Assembly: GCA_963667725.2 (NCBI GenBank)
Contig: CAXXHO010000003.1
Coordinates: 1,024,001-1,088,000 of the forward strand
DNA: 64,000 nucleotides
Reading direction: 5' to 3'
Source: Treponemataceae bacterium
GTDB taxonomy: Bacteria > Spirochaetota > Spirochaetia > Treponematales > Rectinemataceae
Positions 60,000 to 64,000 of the stretch are shown one piece after another. The notes under the pieces were generated by a model. It was given only the letters and a program-made list of their open reading frames with translations. It did not search any database and was not told where the DNA came from. Made by a program: the position numbers and the translations under genes. Positions within the stretch are counted from its first letter, which is position 1. The number at the start of each line of letters is the position of its first letter.

Positions 60000-61070
60000 A
60001 TGAACTATAAAAGCAAGGTCGTCAAAGTCGGCTCCCTCATGATGGGCGGCGACTGGCCCGTTTCCATCCAGACGATGTGGAAAGATCCTTTGCCGGCTTT
60101 TTTAGGCGAAAACGACCCAAAACTGCATAATGTTCTTTCCAGAATCGAAAAACTGAAAGAGATCGGCTGTGATATTCTCCGCTTTGCCGTGCCCGACGAG
60201 GCGGCCGCGGATTCGCTGGGCGCCATAGCGGCCAAAAGTCCTTTGCCCATCGTCGCCGACATTCATTTCGACTGGCGTCTCGCCCTGCGCTGCATGGACT
60301 ATCCGATCGATAAGATAAGGATAAATCCAGGTAATATAGGCGCGCCCTGGAAGACGGCCGAAGTGGTGGCCAAAGCCAAGGACAAGGCTGTCGCGCTCAG
60401 GATTGGCGTCAACGCCGGTTCTCTGCCGATCGATCTTCGCGATGGCGAAGATATCGCGGCTTCCTGCGTCTTGGCGGCCGAACGCGAGATGGCTGTTTTC
60501 GAAGAGCTTGGATTTACCAATCTAGTGGTGTCGATGAAACTGAACGAACCCGGAGACGTCGAACGCGCCAATCGACTGTTCGCGGCAAAATTCGATTACC
60601 CCCTGCACTTGGGCGTAACCGAGGCCGGTCCTCTCATAAGCGGAATCGCCAGGAATACCGCGGCGCTCGTGCCTCTGCTCAAGGATGGCATCGGGGCCAC
60701 GATACGCGTTTCCCTTTCGGACTCGACGGAATCCGAGGTGATCGCTGCGCGCGAGATAATAGGCTGCGCGGGACTGCGCAAGGCTGGCGTGCGGATCGTC
60801 TCCTGTCCGCGATGCGGCCGCGCTTCCTTCGATACGCACGCATTTCTGGCTCGCTGGTCGGACAAGCTGTATTCGCTGAAGGCTCCAATCGAAGTCGCCA
60901 TAATGGGTTGCGTGGTAAACGGCCCTGGCGAGGCGCGGCATGCCGATCTCGGCATTACCGGTGCCGGAGACTACGTCCTCATCTTCAAGAAAGGTCAGGA
61001 ACCGAAAAAAATTCGACGTTCCGACGCCGATACAGCCTTCGGCGAAGAACTTGAGAATCTGATCGGATAA
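60000..61070 (+). CDS. ispG: HMB-PP synthase
   Basis: VADIHF, RINPGN, RIGVNAGS, HLGVTEAG, CPRCGR, MGCVVNGPGE. Confidence 0.97.
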   Translation: MNYKSKVVKVGSLMMGGDWPVSIQTMWKDPLPAFLGENDPKLHNVLSRIEKLKEIGCDILRFAVPDEAAADSLGAIAAKSPLPIVADIHFDWRLALRCMDYPIDKIRINPGNIGAPWKTAEVVAKAKDKAVALRIGVNAGSLPIDLRDGEDIAASCVLAAEREMAVFEELGFTNLVVSMKLNEPGDVERANRLFAAKFDYPLHLGVTEAGPLISGIARNTAALVPLLKDGIGATIRVSLSDSTESEVIAAREIIGCAGLRKAGVRIVSCPRCGRASFDTHAFLARWSDKLYSLKAPIEVAIMGCVVNGPGEARHADLGITGAGDYVLIFKKGQEPKKIRRSDADTAFGEELENLIG

Positions 61071-61079
61071 TACTTTTGT

Positions 61080-61439
61080 TCAAACAGGAGAAAGGGGTGT
61101 CTGTTTTTCCTCTTCCGCTTCTCTTGCTTCCTCGGTCAGTATGGTACCTACTATGGAGGTAACCAGTTCCTTTATGAATGGGTCTATTATCGAGTAGACA
61201 CGCTTTGTCTTCTGTACTTCCGAAGATACGATACCGGTTTTCTTCAGTATGGCCAGATGCTGTGAAATGACGGGCTGCGGCTGGTTCAGGCAGTGCCAGA
61301 GGTCGCCAACACAGGGCACATCCTGTCGGACGATCATGCAGAGTATTTTTAAGCGGACTGGATGGCCAATAGCCTTAAATTTCGTGGCGTAGGGTTCCAG
61401 CAGCTCGTCGCGGCATATTGGTGTTACTTCATTATTCAT
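61080..61439 (-). CDS. ArsR/SmtB family regulator
   Basis: FKAIGHPVRLKIL, CVGDL, QPVISQHLAILK. Confidence 0.9.
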   Translation of the reverse strand: MNNEVTPICRDELLEPYATKFKAIGHPVRLKILCMIVRQDVPCVGDLWHCLNQPQPVISQHLAILKKTGIVSSEVQKTKRVYSIIDPFIKELVTSIVGTILTEEAREAEEEKQTPLSPV

Positions 61440-61443
61440 GGTT

Positions 61444-61476
61444 TAGAATATTAACCCTATTCTATAAATTTTTCAA
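61444..61476 (-). promoter_or_regulatory. arsR promoter with overlapping palindrome
   Basis: Minus strand TTGAAA-17-TAATAT-8-ATG; TAGAATA-N7-TATTCTA at 61444-61464. Confidence 0.6.
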
Positions 61477-61511
61477 TATAAAAAAGTATTGATATTGGCG
61501 AAAAGAGTTAA

Positions 61512-62012
61512 TCAATATTTGGATTGTGCCTGCTTTTCCGCCGCCGCCATCAACCGGCTCTTTGTCGGGTGTCTCGTCTTGACTTCGCCTAACTTCAAGG
61601 AGGCTTCGGAAGGTTTGATCGGCGCGGTTTCCGCGGAAGAAGGTGCCGAGAGGTATTCCGAAAGCATTTTGGATGTCGCCGGCGACAAGGAGCCGGAATC
61701 GGCCTGAGCGGACAGTTCGGGTATGCAGCGCAGATTTCTGAAAAGATGCGCGGCATCCACTTCGCATGGGGCGAAAATGAGAATTTTTACGTCGTGCAGG
61801 CTTTCCGAACAGAGCAGTTCGGCGGCGAGGAGTTCCCAATGGAAGGGGAAGTCCTTGAATCGGATGATAAGCAGGTCGGGATGTATTTCAGGCAGGTTGT
61901 CGGCGAGCTTCACCGGGTCCCTATAGCGGATTACCGAGTATTTCTGAAGACGCGAACGATGACTGACGGCGCGCGAAAAAGCATCGTCTTCCGCTAAAAT
62001 TACTGCAAGCAT
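61512..62012 (-). CDS. Hypothetical protein with degenerate receiver-like N-terminus
   Basis: MLAVILAEDD...YRDPVKLADNLPEIHPDLLII..DFP.HW; start uncertain. Confidence 0.6.
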   Translation of the reverse strand: MLAVILAEDDAFSRAVSHRSRLQKYSVIRYRDPVKLADNLPEIHPDLLIIRFKDFPFHWELLAAELLCSESLHDVKILIFAPCEVDAAHLFRNLRCIPELSAQADSGSLSPATSKMLSEYLSAPSSAETAPIKPSEASLKLGEVKTRHPTKSRLMAAAEKQAQSKY

Positions 62013-62122
62013 ACTGTGTTGATCGCCTCGCTTATGGAATAAAAAAAGACCGGAGACTATACTGAGCCCCAGTATCCGGATTGATCCCGGTTTCATGCTT
62101 TCGTCGAGAGGAAAAGAATACG

Positions 62123-64000
62123 ATGGACAGAAAAGAACCGCAAGTACTTATCGACAGAATATTCCGACACGAAGCATTCCGGACACTGGAGAGAAAAATA
62201 GAGATTGGGGAATACCCTGTCGATCTGGCCGAAGCGGAAAACTCTTTCATGGCTCTTGTCGTCGCGGCCATGAGAAAGAAAACGGGGAAATCTTTTTTCA
62301 TCGTTCTCCCATCGGATCGAGAAGTCGAGGATTTTTCGTCTGATTTGGCCTTTTTTGGCGTTCAGAGCCGGATATTGCCATGGTGGAACACGGCGGCGTA
62401 TAGGCCCGCGGCCGTACGTTCGCGCGCGTTCGGGGAGAGGGCTTCGATATTCGCCGATTTGTCGGGCAAGTATTCCGGCGTCATTATCGCCAGCCATCGC
62501 GCCTTCATAACGCCCGTGCCTCCCAAGGATTATTTTTCCAGGATGCTCATTCATCTGCGGCCCGGACAGGCTTTCCAGCCGGGGGCCGTGGCCGATCGAC
62601 TGGGAGAGTATGGCTACCTGAGAGTCCCCAGGGTTGCCCTCCCGGGGGAGTTCGCACAGCGAGGCGAGGTTCTGGATGTATTCATGCCCGGCGACGAGCA
62701 GGCGCTTCGCGTTCAGTTCAGCTACGACGCTATCGACAAGATTACCCGTTTCGATCCCAATTCGCAGTCGGGGTACGAGCGCATCGACGCATGCATCGTA
62801 CGACCGCTCAAGGAAATCGTCTGGGACAAGGCCATCGCGAGAATCGTTGCCGAGCAGGGGGAGAGCTATCCCGGTTGCCGCGGCAGGATGGGGGCCCTCG
62901 AGGAAGCCCTGGCAGAACAGGGCGAGTGGAAGGGCGAAGAAGTCTGGTACGGGACGGCTTTCGGGGAAATCCACTCAGTTTCCGAATACTTCCACGATTC
63001 CATGGTGTTTTTAGCGATCAACCGGGAGAGGCTCGACGCGCAGGAAGAATCGGCGCGGAAGGAATACGCGGGCATGTACCGGTCGGCGCTCAGGGATGAG
63101 CCTGTTCCCCCGCCCGAACGATGCGTCAATTCCTTCGATGCCGCGCTGGGTTCCACCAAAAGGGTTGTGCGCTCCTATGCGCTCAGGGATCAGAACCAGG
63201 GCGGCCGGCTGGCGATGGGGGGCGAACCCGCCAGGTCCTTTTTCGGCAACATCAAGTATTTCCGTGAGGATTTGGCCAATTTTGAGAAAATAAAGACGCA
63301 GTCGTACCTGACCGCTTCCTCCGATATTCAAGCCGACAGGATCGGGAGCCTCTTGAAGGAATCGACGGCGGCCATAATCATCGGCGAGCTGTCGGCGGGT
63401 TTTTCCATTCCCGCGCTCCATCTGCGCGTGGTTCAGGAGAACGAAGTTTTCGGCAGGCGCAAGCGGATACCCAAGAGTCTTTCGACGACGAAGAGTTCCA
63501 TCATCGACAGCTTTGTCGAGCTGGCGCCCGGCGACTATGTCGTCCACGTAAACTACGGCATAGGCCGGTTTGCCAGCATCGAGCGGATGCGCGTCCTGGG
63601 CAATGAGCGCGATTATATAAAGATCGAGTATGCCGACAGCGAAACGGTATTCGTGCCCATCGAGCAAGCCAATCTCGTGCAGCGCTATATCGGGAACGAG
63701 GGGGAAAGCCCCAGGCTGGACACGCTGGGTTCGAAATCCTGGGAAAACAGGAAAAAGCGCGTCCGCAAATCGGTGGAGGAGCTGGCGGAGCGCCTCATAC
63801 GCATCTACGCGCGCCGCAAGGCGGCCCGGGGCTACGCTTTCCCCAAGGACGGCGAGTGGCAGACCGAGTTCGAGGCGGCTTTTCCTTATCAGGAGACGAT
63901 CGACCAGCTCAAGTGCATCGAAGAGATCAAAAAGGACATGGAACTCGACAAGCCGATGGACAGGCTGGTCTGCGGCGATGTGGGCTACGGCAAAACCGAG
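62123..64000 (+). CDS. mfd: Transcription-repair coupling factor, 5' part (runs off window end)
   Basis: Manual translation: PGEFAQRGEVLD, GDYVVHVNYGIGRF, FPYQET.DQ, MDRLVCGDVGYGKTE. Confidence 0.96.
   Translation, partial: MDRKEPQVLIDRIFRHEAFRTLERKIEIGEYPVDLAEAENSFMALVVAAMRKKTGKSFFIVLPSDREVEDFSSDLAFFGVQSRILPWWNTAAYRPAAVRSRAFGERASIFADLSGKYSGVIIASHRAFITPVPPKDYFSRMLIHLRPGQAFQPGAVADRLGEYGYLRVPRVALPGEFAQRGEVLDVFMPGDEQALRVQFSYDAIDKITRFDPNSQSGYERIDACIVRPLKEIVWDKAIARIVAEQGESYPGCRGRMGALEEALAEQGEWKGEEVWYGTAFGEIHSVSEYFHDSMVFLAINRERLDAQEESARKEYAGMYRSALRDEPVPPPERCVNSFDAALGSTKRVVRSYALRDQNQGGRLAMGGEPARSFFGNIKYFREDLANFEKIKTQSYLTASSDIQADRIGSLLKESTAAIIIGELSAGFSIPALHLRVVQENEVFGRRKRIPKSLSTTKSSIIDSFVELAPGDYVVHVNYGIGRFASIERMRVLGNERDYIKIEYADSETVFVPIEQANLVQRYIGNEGESPRLDTLGSKSWENRKKRVRKSVEELAERLIRIYARRKAARGYAFPKDGEWQTEFEAAFPYQETIDQLKCIEEIKKDMELDKPMDRLVCGDVGYGKTE

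Overview
Genomic window from a spirochaete, probably a free-living Treponema/Rectinema-like lineage. This is inferred from the E-X-A-B-D-I-K V-ATPase operon, a FemX homologue beside metG and spirochaetal lipoboxes. The left arm (1-28.7 kb) is GC-rich, host-like DNA: ppdK, dinB, metG, femX, amrB/amrA, a sigma54-driven MacAB-TolC efflux operon with two NtrC-family regulators, a ggt-transporter-49 aa ORF-M14 deacylase operon, and an oxidative-stress cluster. Positions 28775-51608 are a visibly AT-richer accessory region bracketed by two inverted, near-identical IS3-family copies and lying next to a truncated tyrosine integrase and tRNA-Gly(TCC). Its cargo is a putative flavinylated lipoprotein pair, an orphan tRNA-Ala/tmRNA 3' fragment (att scar), an IclR-M20-M19-TctBCA unit, a CitA/CitB-like two-component system, a second divergent copy of the ggt-transporter-49 aa ORF-M14 operon preceded by two DUF6305 genes, and malic enzyme. 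The right arm holds the V-type ATPase operon, ispG, arsR and the 5' part of mfd. The best candidate for an undescribed system is the twice-present operon (DUF6305)-GGT-DctM-like permease-49 aa microprotein-M14 hydrolase. It is conserved down to the microprotein, an intergenic hairpin and non-ATG starts. All family calls are from motif recognition by eye; no searches were run.
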